DNA from: Chloroflexota bacterium
Lineage (GTDB): Bacteria > Chloroflexota > Dehalococcoidia > Lucifugimonadales > JADFKI01
Assembly: GCA_027623195.1 (NCBI GenBank)
Contig: JAQBUT010000003.1
Location: 95,066 to 159,065 of the forward strand
Direction of reading: 5' to 3'
Length of the DNA: 64,000 nucleotides
Each line of letters opens with the position of its first letter. Within the stretch, counting starts at the first letter, position 1. This document shows positions 10,357 to 19,066 of this stretch, one piece after another. The notes beneath the pieces were generated by a model, which was given only the letters and a program-made list of their open reading frames with translations, was not told the DNA's origin and searched no databases. The translations under genes and the position numbers were made by a program.

Positions 10357-10932
10357 ATGATAGGTTTCATGGATTACACCAGATGGATAGCCGCAGGCAT
10401 CGCGCTTGTGGTTTTCGTAGTCAGCCAGACGGCTGTTCCCAACGACAACGTGAAGGCTTCGTTCGTAGATCAGCCTTTGCCGGCGTTCTCCGATACATAC
10501 CTCGACCAGGCTTTGAATAGTACGGATGCTTCGAGCCTGGCGCCCCGGGTAAGCATTGAGAGCACCTCGGTAGCAGCCGGGAAGACCGTAAGCGTTCCAA
10601 TTACGCTGTCCCACGCCCCCAACGGTCTGGCCGGATATGAGCTGCGTGTCGACCTTGGCGCTGCTACTACGGCGCGTATCGTCAGCGTGGAGTTTCCCGA
10701 ATTCGGCATGGTGTACGAGCAGCCTGGCTACGGGGACAATGTTCGCCTGGCCGCGGCGGACCTGTACCACACCGCCGAGACAGATGACGTAAACGTCACA
10801 CTAGCGGTGGTGAACCTTGAAGGAGTCTCTGCGGGCAGCGTGGGCGCCCACCTAACCATAATGCAAATCGACGATGATGAGGGGAATGCCATACCCATCA
10901 ATGTGTCTTCCGGCACTGTCAGCGTGTACTGA
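10357..10932 (+). CDS. Secreted or membrane-anchored cohesin-like beta-sandwich protein
   Basis: N-terminal hydrophobic helix; 'VAAGKTVSVPITLS...GLAGYELRV' cohesin-type strand pattern; GGAGG RBS. Confidence 0.6.
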   Translation: MIGFMDYTRWIAAGIALVVFVVSQTAVPNDNVKASFVDQPLPAFSDTYLDQALNSTDASSLAPRVSIESTSVAAGKTVSVPITLSHAPNGLAGYELRVDLGAATTARIVSVEFPEFGMVYEQPGYGDNVRLAAADLYHTAETDDVNVTLAVVNLEGVSAGSVGAHLTIMQIDDDEGNAIPINVSSGTVSVY

Positions 10933-10998
10933 TTGCTGACGCTAAATTATTTGGTAAACTTCGGGAGGTCTGATCCCTCCTGTTGATTACGCCCTCCT

Positions 10999-11035
10999 TG
11001 CCCACGTCGGTACCCCCTGGCGTGGGCACTTTTTT
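10999..11035 (+). terminator. Intrinsic terminator
   Basis: TGCCCACGTCGG...CTGGCGTGGGCA stem followed by T6. Confidence 0.8.
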
Positions 11036-11123
11036 GCCCTTGCCGCTCTCTCATAAAATAGTCGATTAGTAGGCTTAAGCCTTCGATCAGCCCCGGGAGA
11101 AACGAACGGGACATTGTTAATTT

Positions 11124-11152
11124 CGTTCGTGGTGAGCGGGTCGAACCACAGC
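11124..11152. repeat. REP-like palindromic repeat, copy A (half element)
   Basis: CGTTCGTGGTGAGCGGGTCGAACCACAGC; 2 mismatches to 46198-46226. Confidence 0.75.
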
Positions 11153-11250
11153 TTCTACGAACAGCTTAAGGGACAGGAAGGTTCAGTCTCAATCTCATGC
11201 GTGGGTGAATAGCGGGGCCGTCCGATCGCATTGAATGGCAAACGCGGTGG

Positions 11251-12003
11251 CTAGATCGCCATGCCGCCGTCGACGCTAATGACCTGACCGGTAACGTAGC
11301 TGGCCTTTTCGGAGACGAGATATGCCACCATGTTGGCTACATCTTCAGTCTCACCGAAATGACCTTGCGGAATCCACGTCATGATGCGGTCCTTCTGCTC
11401 TTTTGTGAGATTGGCCACGGTCTCCGTGCTTATATACCCGGGCGTTACCACGTTGACGGTAATGTTGCGGGTTGCCACTTCTTTAGCAAGGGACTTGGAA
11501 AATCCAAGGATTGCTGCTTTTGATGCGGAGTAGTTGGTTTGGCCGAAATTGCCCCTGATGCCGACTACCGACCCGATGTTGATTATCCTACCCCAGCGCT
11601 GGCGAACCATGCTACGAAGCACCGCGCGACTGCAATAGAAGGTGCCATTCAGGTTCACCCCCATGACGCTGTGCCAGTCCTCGTCCGTCATTCGCAGCAG
11701 CAGGCCGTCGCTAATGATGCCCGCGTTATTCACGAGGATGTCCACCTGGCCCCATGCCTCGTTAATTTTGTTCACCATGGCCGTGACCTGTTCAAGGTCG
11801 CTCACGTCCGCACCAACTATGAGGGACTCGCCGCCGGCCTTACCAATCAGGTTCGCCACCTCCCGGGCCTCTGCTTCGGAGGACTTGTAGTTCACGGCTA
11901 CCTTTACGCCCATGTCCGCTAGGGCCAGGCTTATGGCCTTCCCTATGCCTTTTGACGCGCCGGTCACAAGGGCTGTCTTTCCTTCTATATCAGATTTGCT
12001 CAA
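11251..12003 (-). CDS. fabG: 3-oxoacyl-ACP reductase
   Basis: TGASKGIG, NNAGI, NYSASKA, YVTGQVISVDGG; adjacent to plsX. Confidence 0.93.
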   Translation of the reverse strand: MSKSDIEGKTALVTGASKGIGKAISLALADMGVKVAVNYKSSEAEAREVANLIGKAGGESLIVGADVSDLEQVTAMVNKINEAWGQVDILVNNAGIISDGLLLRMTDEDWHSVMGVNLNGTFYCSRAVLRSMVRQRWGRIINIGSVVGIRGNFGQTNYSASKAAILGFSKSLAKEVATRNITVNVVTPGYISTETVANLTKEQKDRIMTWIPQGHFGETEDVANMVAYLVSEKASYVTGQVISVDGGMAI

Positions 12004-12045
12004 TTCGACTCCTGATCTGTCGACGGGAGGCCGGCCAAACGGACT

Positions 12046-13065
12046 CTATTCATTTACCAGGCCTCGCACCTGCGACAGTTCCTTATTTATCTTAGCGATG
12101 AAGCCGTTTTCCACGGCGAACTTCGCGGCGCCTATGGCCCGCTTCACGGCACCGGCCCTGCCTGATCCATGTCCCACGATGCACACACCGTTAACACCTA
12201 GTATGGGGCCGCCGCCGTGGGTCTCGACGACGTTGTTCAAATCATACACATCCTGAATAATCTCATCGAGGTCGTGTTGGGACAGCTTTCCCGCCAGAGT
12301 TTTCCTCAGGTGGTCCGCAAGCGCTCCACCCAGTCCCTCTGTCAGCTTCATCACCACGTTGCCCACGAAGCCGTCACAGACAACGACTTCTGCCCTACCG
12401 TGAGGAATGTCGTTGGCTTCGATGTTACCGATGAAATTAAGGCCACTCTTGGCTAGCAACTCCGACGCCTTCTGCACGAGGGAATTACCCTTGCCGGCCT
12501 CGGACCCGACGCTGAGAACCGCCACGCGAGGCCTCTCGATGTCCCAGAATTGTCGGGCAAAAACATCGCCTATTACTGCATAACTCAGGAGCTGGCTTGG
12601 CTTGCAGTCGACGTTGCTTCCCAGGTCGGCAATGAAAGTGTGTGGAGAAAGTCCGACGATGGGACCGCCAATGGAAGGGCGTTCCACTCCCTCGGACCTG
12701 CCCAGGACTACGGCTGCTGTAGCCATTGCGCCCCCTGTGGAGCCCATAGAGACAACCGCATCCGCGTGCCCCTGTTTGACCATTCCCGTGGCTACCAGTA
12801 TCGAGGCCTTGGGCTTTTGCCTTAGCGCCAGCGCTGGAGGTTCACCCTCCACCAGGACTCCTTCGGACGGCACGATGCCAATCGGAAGGCCTTCAATGCT
12901 ATATTTATCAAGTTCCGCCTGCACCTGCCCTGGGTCGCCCACAAGCGCCACCTGAATGCCGCCGCCTTTTACCGCCTCGATAGCTCCGGCTACCACTTCA
13001 GACGGGGCGAAATCTCCGCCCATGGCGTCGACAGCTATTCGACATAACCCGCTTTCAGTTGCCAA
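12046..13065 (-). CDS. plsX: Phosphate acyltransferase PlsX
   Basis: IAVDAMGGDFAP, VVCDGFVGNV, GVCIVGHG motifs; TTG start with GGAGG RBS. Confidence 0.95.
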   Translation of the reverse strand: MATESGLCRIAVDAMGGDFAPSEVVAGAIEAVKGGGIQVALVGDPGQVQAELDKYSIEGLPIGIVPSEGVLVEGEPPALALRQKPKASILVATGMVKQGHADAVVSMGSTGGAMATAAVVLGRSEGVERPSIGGPIVGLSPHTFIADLGSNVDCKPSQLLSYAVIGDVFARQFWDIERPRVAVLSVGSEAGKGNSLVQKASELLAKSGLNFIGNIEANDIPHGRAEVVVCDGFVGNVVMKLTEGLGGALADHLRKTLAGKLSQHDLDEIIQDVYDLNNVVETHGGGPILGVNGVCIVGHGSGRAGAVKRAIGAAKFAVENGFIAKINKELSQVRGLVNE

Positions 13066-13095
13066 CTTGCTTTCCTCCTGTTGGGATTGTCGTCC

Positions 13096-13500
13096 CTACA
13101 CCGCCGCCGTAGTGACTATCGCATCCCCTGTTATAGCTGCTTCCCCGTCCTGTTTTCGGATCTCCACCGCGCAAGTGACCTGCTCCCTGCCATCCACGAT
13201 ACGGACGCCCTTTACGGTGCCGCTGGTGGTAATCGTTTCGCCGGGAAACACTGGCGCACGGAAGCGCAGCTTGAGCCTACCAGCATTTAGCCAATCGGCC
13301 TCGAACGCCGCCGTCATCATTTCCGATATGGATGCTGCTATTAGCATGCCGTGGGCGATTCTGCGGCCGAACTGAGTCGTGGCAGCAAACTGTTCGTCAA
13401 TGTGAATGGGGTTGTAATCACCGGACGCCTTGGCGTACCGCTCAACTTGATCTTGAGTTATGGTCCTTTGGACTATGGGCAGGGCTGTACCTGTCTGCAT
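13096..13500 (-). CDS. MaoC-family (R)-specific dehydratase, catalytic subunit
   Basis: Hydratase-2 motif SGDYNPIH...IAHGML; FRAPVFPG. Confidence 0.9.
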   Translation of the reverse strand: MQTGTALPIVQRTITQDQVERYAKASGDYNPIHIDEQFAATTQFGRRIAHGMLIAASISEMMTAAFEADWLNAGRLKLRFRAPVFPGETITTSGTVKGVRIVDGREQVTCAVEIRKQDGEAAITGDAIVTTAAV

Positions 13501-13585
13501 GCTCAGTCCTTACGATTCAACCTTAAGTTTTATTTTAAAGTCATTTCCGGTTTTTTTCAGATTTGCTGAATGGGTTTGCTCAGGC

Positions 13586-13987
13586 CTAAGTTGGAAGCAT
13601 GATGGTGCTCTTGCCGGTCATAACTTCCGTGCCGCCGTCTCCGGCCACCCGGATGTCCACAACCATGAAGCGCCAGTCCCCACGGGTTGAGTTCCCCACA
13701 AGCCTGGCCGTACATTCCAAAGCCGCGCCCACAACCACCGCCTTTGGAAACTCCAACTCCTGGCTGGCGTGCACGGCGCCACCGGGTATCTGCAAGTCGC
13801 TGATCACTCCGCCCAGGCTCAGGGCTGCAATAGCCATAGGCGGCACCAGCCTCACGCCGTCCGCGTTATAAACAACGTTTGCGTCTGCGACCGCGTCGGC
13901 ATACCTGTCTACGGATTCTTCATCCAGAACGAGGGTACGGCTGGAGATTTCGTCGCCGGGGGCCAGTTTGGCGTAGTCTACGGGCAT
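13586..13987 (-). CDS. MaoC/hotdog-fold protein lacking the catalytic D-x-N-P-x-H motif
   Basis: YADAVAD...VPPMAIA...GAVHASQELEF pattern of MaoC N-terminal-like subunits. Confidence 0.75.
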   Translation of the reverse strand: MPVDYAKLAPGDEISSRTLVLDEESVDRYADAVADANVVYNADGVRLVPPMAIAALSLGGVISDLQIPGGAVHASQELEFPKAVVVGAALECTARLVGNSTRGDWRFMVVDIRVAGDGGTEVMTGKSTIMLPT

Positions 13988-14261
13988 GGATCACCATTTT
14001 AAGCGCCGGTGTTTTCTGTTTTGTTGGCCACTGGGCCAAAATGATTATAGATGCGCGATTGCGCCAAATCAATGAAAATCCGGTCTATACACTGCTTTAA
14101 CAGGGCGATGTAGTCCAAAAGAAAGTCTCGTAGCTAAATTTGCCTTTAAATGCCCATGGGATGCGGGCTACGACGGCTGCTGATTCAGGAATTGTCATTC
14201 ATCAGGAATTGGTGGTAATCTTTACGAGCCAAAATCCTATCCTGGAGGGCTTCCTTAGAGC

Positions 14262-15830
14262 ATGAACACCACGGAGTTCCTGAGCATTTCGTCTCTAATT
14301 GTACCTGACCGCGAGGCGTTGATATTCGAGGATAAGCGCATCACCTATTTGGAGTTGCAGAGCCGTGTCAACAGGCTAGCAAACTCATTGGCAGCGCTCG
14401 GCGTTGGTCCGGGGGATAGGGTGGCCACGCTACAGGTCAATTGCAACGAATATATAGAAGCCTACTTCGCAACCGCCAAACTCGATGCGGTTTACGTGCC
14501 GATGAATTTCCGAGCCCGTGCTGACGAGCTTGCTTACATGATCAACGATGCTGGGCCCAAGGTCGTAATGGTCGGCGCAAGGTACGTGGATCTGGTGAAG
14601 GAGTGCTCCAAAGAAGTTGACTGCGTGGAGAACTACGTAGCTCTTGAAGATCCCGTTGAGGGATGGCAGCACTATGATTCCTTGCTGGAAGCGGGTGAGG
14701 ATGAGGAGCGCTTCCCGGAGGCGGACGCTGACGACCTGACGATCATCATGTTCACGGCGGGTACCACCGGCTCTCCCAAAGGCGTGATGCTAAGCCACGA
14801 CAGCTTCTCGTCTTATATTCTAAGCAACGTTACGCCCGCCGACCCTGATGCAGATGACAGGAACATCATTACGGTGCCCCTGTACCACATTGCCGGGGTG
14901 CAGGCGGTGATGGCGGCCATTTACGGCGGACGTCGACTGATAATTCAACGCCAATTCAACGCGGTGGAGTGGATGAGCCTGGTGGCGAAAGAGCGGGCCA
15001 ACCGCGCCATGATGGTTCCCACTATGCTGAAGATGCTGATGGATAGCCCTGAGTTTCATCAGCATGACCTTAGCAGCCTGGAGGTTATAACCTACGGCGC
15101 TGCCCCTATGCCCCTGGAGGTCATCAAGCGGGCCATAGCGGAGTTTCCCGGCACGCACTTCATTAATGCCTTTGGTCAGACGGAGACGGCGGCGACTATA
15201 ACCATGCTTCCTCCCGATGCCCACATCTTGGACGGTACCGACGAGGAGAACGAGATAAAGCTGAAGCGCCTGTCGTCTATAGGCAAGCCACTGGATGATG
15301 TTGAAGTGCAGATTTTCGATGAGGACGGCGCCCCCGTTGTCGTTGGAGAGGTTGGGGAAATCGCTGCGCGGGGTAGTCGCCTGATGAAGGGCTACTGGCA
15401 TCAGGAAAGCGCCACCGCTGAGACTATTCGAGGTGGCTGGCTTTTCACCGGGGACCTAGGTTACGAGGACGACGAAGGCTACATATTCCTTGCCGGACGA
15501 GCCAAGGACTTCATCAAGCGTGGTGGCGAGATGATCTCCCCCGAAGAGGTGGAGCAGGTACTGCAGTCCCACCCTGCGGTGGACGAGGCGGCTATTATCG
15601 GCGTGACCGACGTGGACTGGGGCGAGCGAGTGCGCGCAATTGTGGTTTTGAAGAACGGTCAGACAGCGGGGGAGGACGAGATAATCGAGTTCTGCCGTCA
15701 GCGTCTGTCCAGCTACAAAAAGCCCGAGTCTGTGGTCTTCATCGATGAGCTACCGCGCAACCCACTGGGCAAAGTCCTGAAACGCGTTCTACGCGAGGAG
15801 CATGACTACCCTGTTGAGGCGGGCGGGTAG
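14262..15830 (+). CDS. Acyl-CoA synthetase (AMP-forming)
   Basis: FTAGTTGSPKG, FGQTE, TGDLG, GRAKD, LPRNPLGKV motifs. Confidence 0.93.
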   Translation: MNTTEFLSISSLIVPDREALIFEDKRITYLELQSRVNRLANSLAALGVGPGDRVATLQVNCNEYIEAYFATAKLDAVYVPMNFRARADELAYMINDAGPKVVMVGARYVDLVKECSKEVDCVENYVALEDPVEGWQHYDSLLEAGEDEERFPEADADDLTIIMFTAGTTGSPKGVMLSHDSFSSYILSNVTPADPDADDRNIITVPLYHIAGVQAVMAAIYGGRRLIIQRQFNAVEWMSLVAKERANRAMMVPTMLKMLMDSPEFHQHDLSSLEVITYGAAPMPLEVIKRAIAEFPGTHFINAFGQTETAATITMLPPDAHILDGTDEENEIKLKRLSSIGKPLDDVEVQIFDEDGAPVVVGEVGEIAARGSRLMKGYWHQESATAETIRGGWLFTGDLGYEDDEGYIFLAGRAKDFIKRGGEMISPEEVEQVLQSHPAVDEAAIIGVTDVDWGERVRAIVVLKNGQTAGEDEIIEFCRQRLSSYKKPESVVFIDELPRNPLGKVLKRVLREEHDYPVEAGG

Positions 15831-15844
15831 GGCAATACGTCCTT

Positions 15845-16519
15845 TTACCCGATGATTCCTAGAACATAGGGAGCAGCTTGAGTCGCCGCACTCACTAGAC
15901 CGGCCACTGATGACGCCTTCTGTATGGAGTCCCATAAGGCCGCGACAACGGAAACGTTCGGCTGAGACTTTGCCAGTTGGACCTGTAAACTGGCGATGTC
16001 GGAAGTGATGCTCAACTTATCACTGTCGTCTAGTTCATCAGATTGGGTTACGGCGTCCCGCAGATTCGACAGAGCTTGACCGGCGTTTTCGAATCGTGCG
16101 TCGACCACATTACCGTTCCCTATATTGACTATGTTCTGACCTGTGAGATCGATATTTATTCCCGCAAACCTGTCATTCGTAAATTCGCCGGGGCCTTCGA
16201 TCTTGTCAATTCCCGCAGCAGTAATTATGTAGTATTCGGTCTTGGATGGTATGGTCATGCCGTTCTCGGTCTGAAATTGTTTCTCGACCACATCAGTCTT
16301 GACCCACTCTTGATCCAGCAAGTAAGTGAGATTGCTTTGGACATCTTGTACGGTAAGCCCGTGCATTTCCTTCAAATCGGCCTTAAAAGCTTTTATGGTA
16401 GTCGCAGCACCGTTTCTTTTGCCACGTCGGCTATTTGCGTTCTTGTTCCGGTTGTAGAAATACCTCAAAATTAGATCCCTTGTCTCGTCGTTGGTACGTG
16501 CAGTGTTAATCTTTGGCAT
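15845..16519 (-). CDS. Hypothetical protein: N-terminal winged-helix-like region, N/G-rich linker, C-terminal helical bundle
   Basis: 224-aa ORF with GGGAGA RBS, AT-richer than neighbours; 'NLTYLLDQEWV...YIITAAGIDKIE' resembles a wHTH end. Confidence 0.75.
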   Translation of the reverse strand: MPKINTARTNDETRDLILRYFYNRNKNANSRRGKRNGAATTIKAFKADLKEMHGLTVQDVQSNLTYLLDQEWVKTDVVEKQFQTENGMTIPSKTEYYIITAAGIDKIEGPGEFTNDRFAGINIDLTGQNIVNIGNGNVVDARFENAGQALSNLRDAVTQSDELDDSDKLSITSDIASLQVQLAKSQPNVSVVAALWDSIQKASSVAGLVSAATQAAPYVLGIIG

Positions 16520-16542
16520 ATATTTCTCCCATTATTCCCTAC

Positions 16543-16554
16543 GAACTAACGTAC
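16543..16554. promoter_or_regulatory. Putative LexA (SOS) box
   Basis: GAAC-TAAC-GTAC, 24-35 bp upstream of the ATG at 16519 and downstream of a -10-like TACAAT (16570-16575, minus strand). Confidence 0.55.
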
Positions 16555-16691
16555 TGGTGCATTTATTTAATTGTACGGGAGGGAATGGGCAAAACAGGTG
16601 AAATAATTACGGTTATCCTCATTATTTTGCGTTGAAAAGGGGTTACGGCTTCATGTGGCTCCCGTTTTCGAACGGTTTTTGGAGCATATGG

Positions 16692-17354
16692 CTAATCGAG
16701 CAAAACGGGATTCTCCAAACTGCTCATATCCACCACCACGTCCGCAACCTCTCGCGGCCGCGCGCTTTCCAGGTACAGCCTTTGACCTGGCACGTAGCGT
16801 GTCTCGTACCGCTGGCGAAGAGCCTCCTCGGAGTCGATGCCTTCTGCGTTTCGCTTCACGGCCCGCTCTACACTAACATCGAACCCAATATCCAGAAAAA
16901 TCCGAAAGTCCCAGAGGTCGTTTAGCTCCGGGCGCATCAGGAATATCCCGTCGAAGAGCAGTACGGCGTTGGCGGGGGCAGTCTGCAGGGGTTCGTAGAT
17001 GAACTGGTCGGTTCGGTGGTCGAAGGTGGCGGTGCGGTAGCGTAGGGAACCGCCGGGGCCTAGCTGCTCCAGAAGCTCGCCCCGCACCGAGTCGTAGTCG
17101 AAAGAGTCATGGTAGTAGCCCTCGGGTGAGTCCGGCCCGCGCCTGTAACGCTCTTCACGAGGCCTATGAAAGCCATCAACCGAGGCCCGTATGACTGGAC
17201 GGCCCAACTCTTCAATTGGCGCAACCAACGCGTCAGCTAGCGTCGTCTTGCCCGCCGCGCCCACGCCGTCTATCGCAACACGAACCGGATGGGCCAGCGA
17301 TATGTCCTTGATGCGTCCGGCTAAATCCACCAGGAACTCAGGTCCGTCCGTCAA
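16692..17354 (-). CDS. Uridine kinase-like P-loop kinase
   Basis: VAIDGVGAAGKTT, DGFH, LFDGIFL.RPEL motifs. Confidence 0.85.
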   Translation of the reverse strand: MTDGPEFLVDLAGRIKDISLAHPVRVAIDGVGAAGKTTLADALVAPIEELGRPVIRASVDGFHRPREERYRRGPDSPEGYYHDSFDYDSVRGELLEQLGPGGSLRYRTATFDHRTDQFIYEPLQTAPANAVLLFDGIFLMRPELNDLWDFRIFLDIGFDVSVERAVKRNAEGIDSEEALRQRYETRYVPGQRLYLESARPREVADVVVDMSSLENPVLLD

Positions 17355-17448
17355 TGGCCACTCCTAGACGGTGCGTCGGCAAGGCGTCGGCAATGCCTCC
17401 TATGAGATTCGCCAATGACGACCCGCCACGTGTACACGCCTGAAAACT

Positions 17449-18708
17449 CTATCCGATCTTGTCGAAGCCAGTATAAGGGCGTAAGACCTCTGGAATTATG
17501 ACAGAGCCGTCCTCTTGTTGAAAATTCTCCAGGACGCCGATGATAGCCCTGGGCAACGCTATGCCGGAGCCGTTCAGGGTATGAGGAAAGCGAGGACGTG
17601 CGCCCTGCTCGGTGCGGTAGCGAATGGAGGCCCGCCGCGCCTGGAAATCCGTACAGTTGGAGCATGAGCTCACCTCTTGCCACTCGTCACTGCCGGGCGC
17701 CCACACCTCCAGGTCGAAGGTTTTGGACGACTGGAAGGAGATGTCGGCCGTGCAGAGTTGCAGCAGCCTGTACGTCAGACCTAGCTTCGAGCAGACCTCC
17801 CCCGCATCGGCTATAAGCTTGTCCAACTCCTCGTTCGAGGTGTCGGGGTCCACGAACTTGTACATCTCCACCTTTTCGAACTGGTGCACGCGCTTTATAC
17901 CGCGTGTGTCGCGTCCGGCGGCGGTCCGCTCCCGGCGGAAGCAGGGCGTGTGGGCTACGTAGCACAGGGGCAGCGACCCCGGCGGGAGAATCTCGTCTCG
18001 GTGCAGGTTGGTTAACGCCATTTCTGCGGTAGGAAGCAACCACATATCGTCTTCGTTGTCGTGGTACATTGTGTCGGCGAATTTGGGCAGGTTGCTGTTG
18101 GCTATGGCAGACGCCGCCGTGACCATGTTGGGCAAGTATATTTCCTGATAGCCGTGCTGCTCTGTGTGAAGGTCCAGCATCCAGTCGATGAGCGCGCGCT
18201 GTAGCCTGGCCCCTTTGCCTTTGAGTACGAAGAAGCGTGAGCCGGACATCTTGGCGCCACGTTCGAAGTCTATAATGCCCAGGTCCTCGCCTATTTCCCA
18301 GTGGGGCTTGGGCTCGAAATCGAACGTTGGTATCTCGCCGAAACGGCTGATCTCTACGTTGTCGCTCTCATCCTTGCCCGTAGGAACGTCGTCCTGGGGC
18401 AGGTTGGGCATAGTCATGACCAGGGCGTTGATCGCGTCCTCTACGCCACGTATCGCGTCCTCAAGAACCTTGATCTGGCTTCCAACCCCCCGCATCTCCT
18501 CGATAAGCTCAGGAGGGCGTTCTTTGAGGCGGCCTAGCTGACTGCTGACCTCGTTTCGTCGGGCGCGCAACGCATCAGCCTCCACGATAGCGCCACGTCG
18601 TTTGACATCCAGATCCAGAATGGCGTCGATAGGCACGTTCTCGCCGCGCCTGGCCATGGCGTTTCTGACGAGGTCCGGGTTGTTCCGTATAAGTTCAATA
18701 CTGATCAA
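17449..18708 (-). CDS. serS: Serine--tRNA ligase
   Basis: LLPTAE, FRRE, RVHQFEKVE, EVSSCSNCTDFQARR, TLNGSG motifs. Confidence 0.97.
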   Translation of the reverse strand: MISIELIRNNPDLVRNAMARRGENVPIDAILDLDVKRRGAIVEADALRARRNEVSSQLGRLKERPPELIEEMRGVGSQIKVLEDAIRGVEDAINALVMTMPNLPQDDVPTGKDESDNVEISRFGEIPTFDFEPKPHWEIGEDLGIIDFERGAKMSGSRFFVLKGKGARLQRALIDWMLDLHTEQHGYQEIYLPNMVTAASAIANSNLPKFADTMYHDNEDDMWLLPTAEMALTNLHRDEILPPGSLPLCYVAHTPCFRRERTAAGRDTRGIKRVHQFEKVEMYKFVDPDTSNEELDKLIADAGEVCSKLGLTYRLLQLCTADISFQSSKTFDLEVWAPGSDEWQEVSSCSNCTDFQARRASIRYRTEQGARPRFPHTLNGSGIALPRAIIGVLENFQQEDGSVIIPEVLRPYTGFDKIG

Positions 18709-19066
18709 CGGGTACCTTCCTTTGGGACCTTTTTGAATTCTTGAATAATCGGCAACCGGTATGGATTATGGCACACGTTACCTTTAGGGGGGCCATTCAT
18801 CTGCATAAGGGGTGTCGAACACCAAGACCCACTATTCAATTTAAACAAAGTACATAATCTTTACAAATATATTATCGAGCCCTTAGTTAACAATTTGACG
18901 GTGACTGCGGACGTTGTAAATGTTAACGTTCATTCTCAGGGTCTTTAGGTTAACACCAAAATTGGCGGGTCAGGCGTCATTGTGTTGGTTGGGGGTAAGC
19001 CGTATAATTCAGGCCACATTTGGCATTAAATTAGAACTTTTATTAAAATAGTCCAATAATTGGGTT

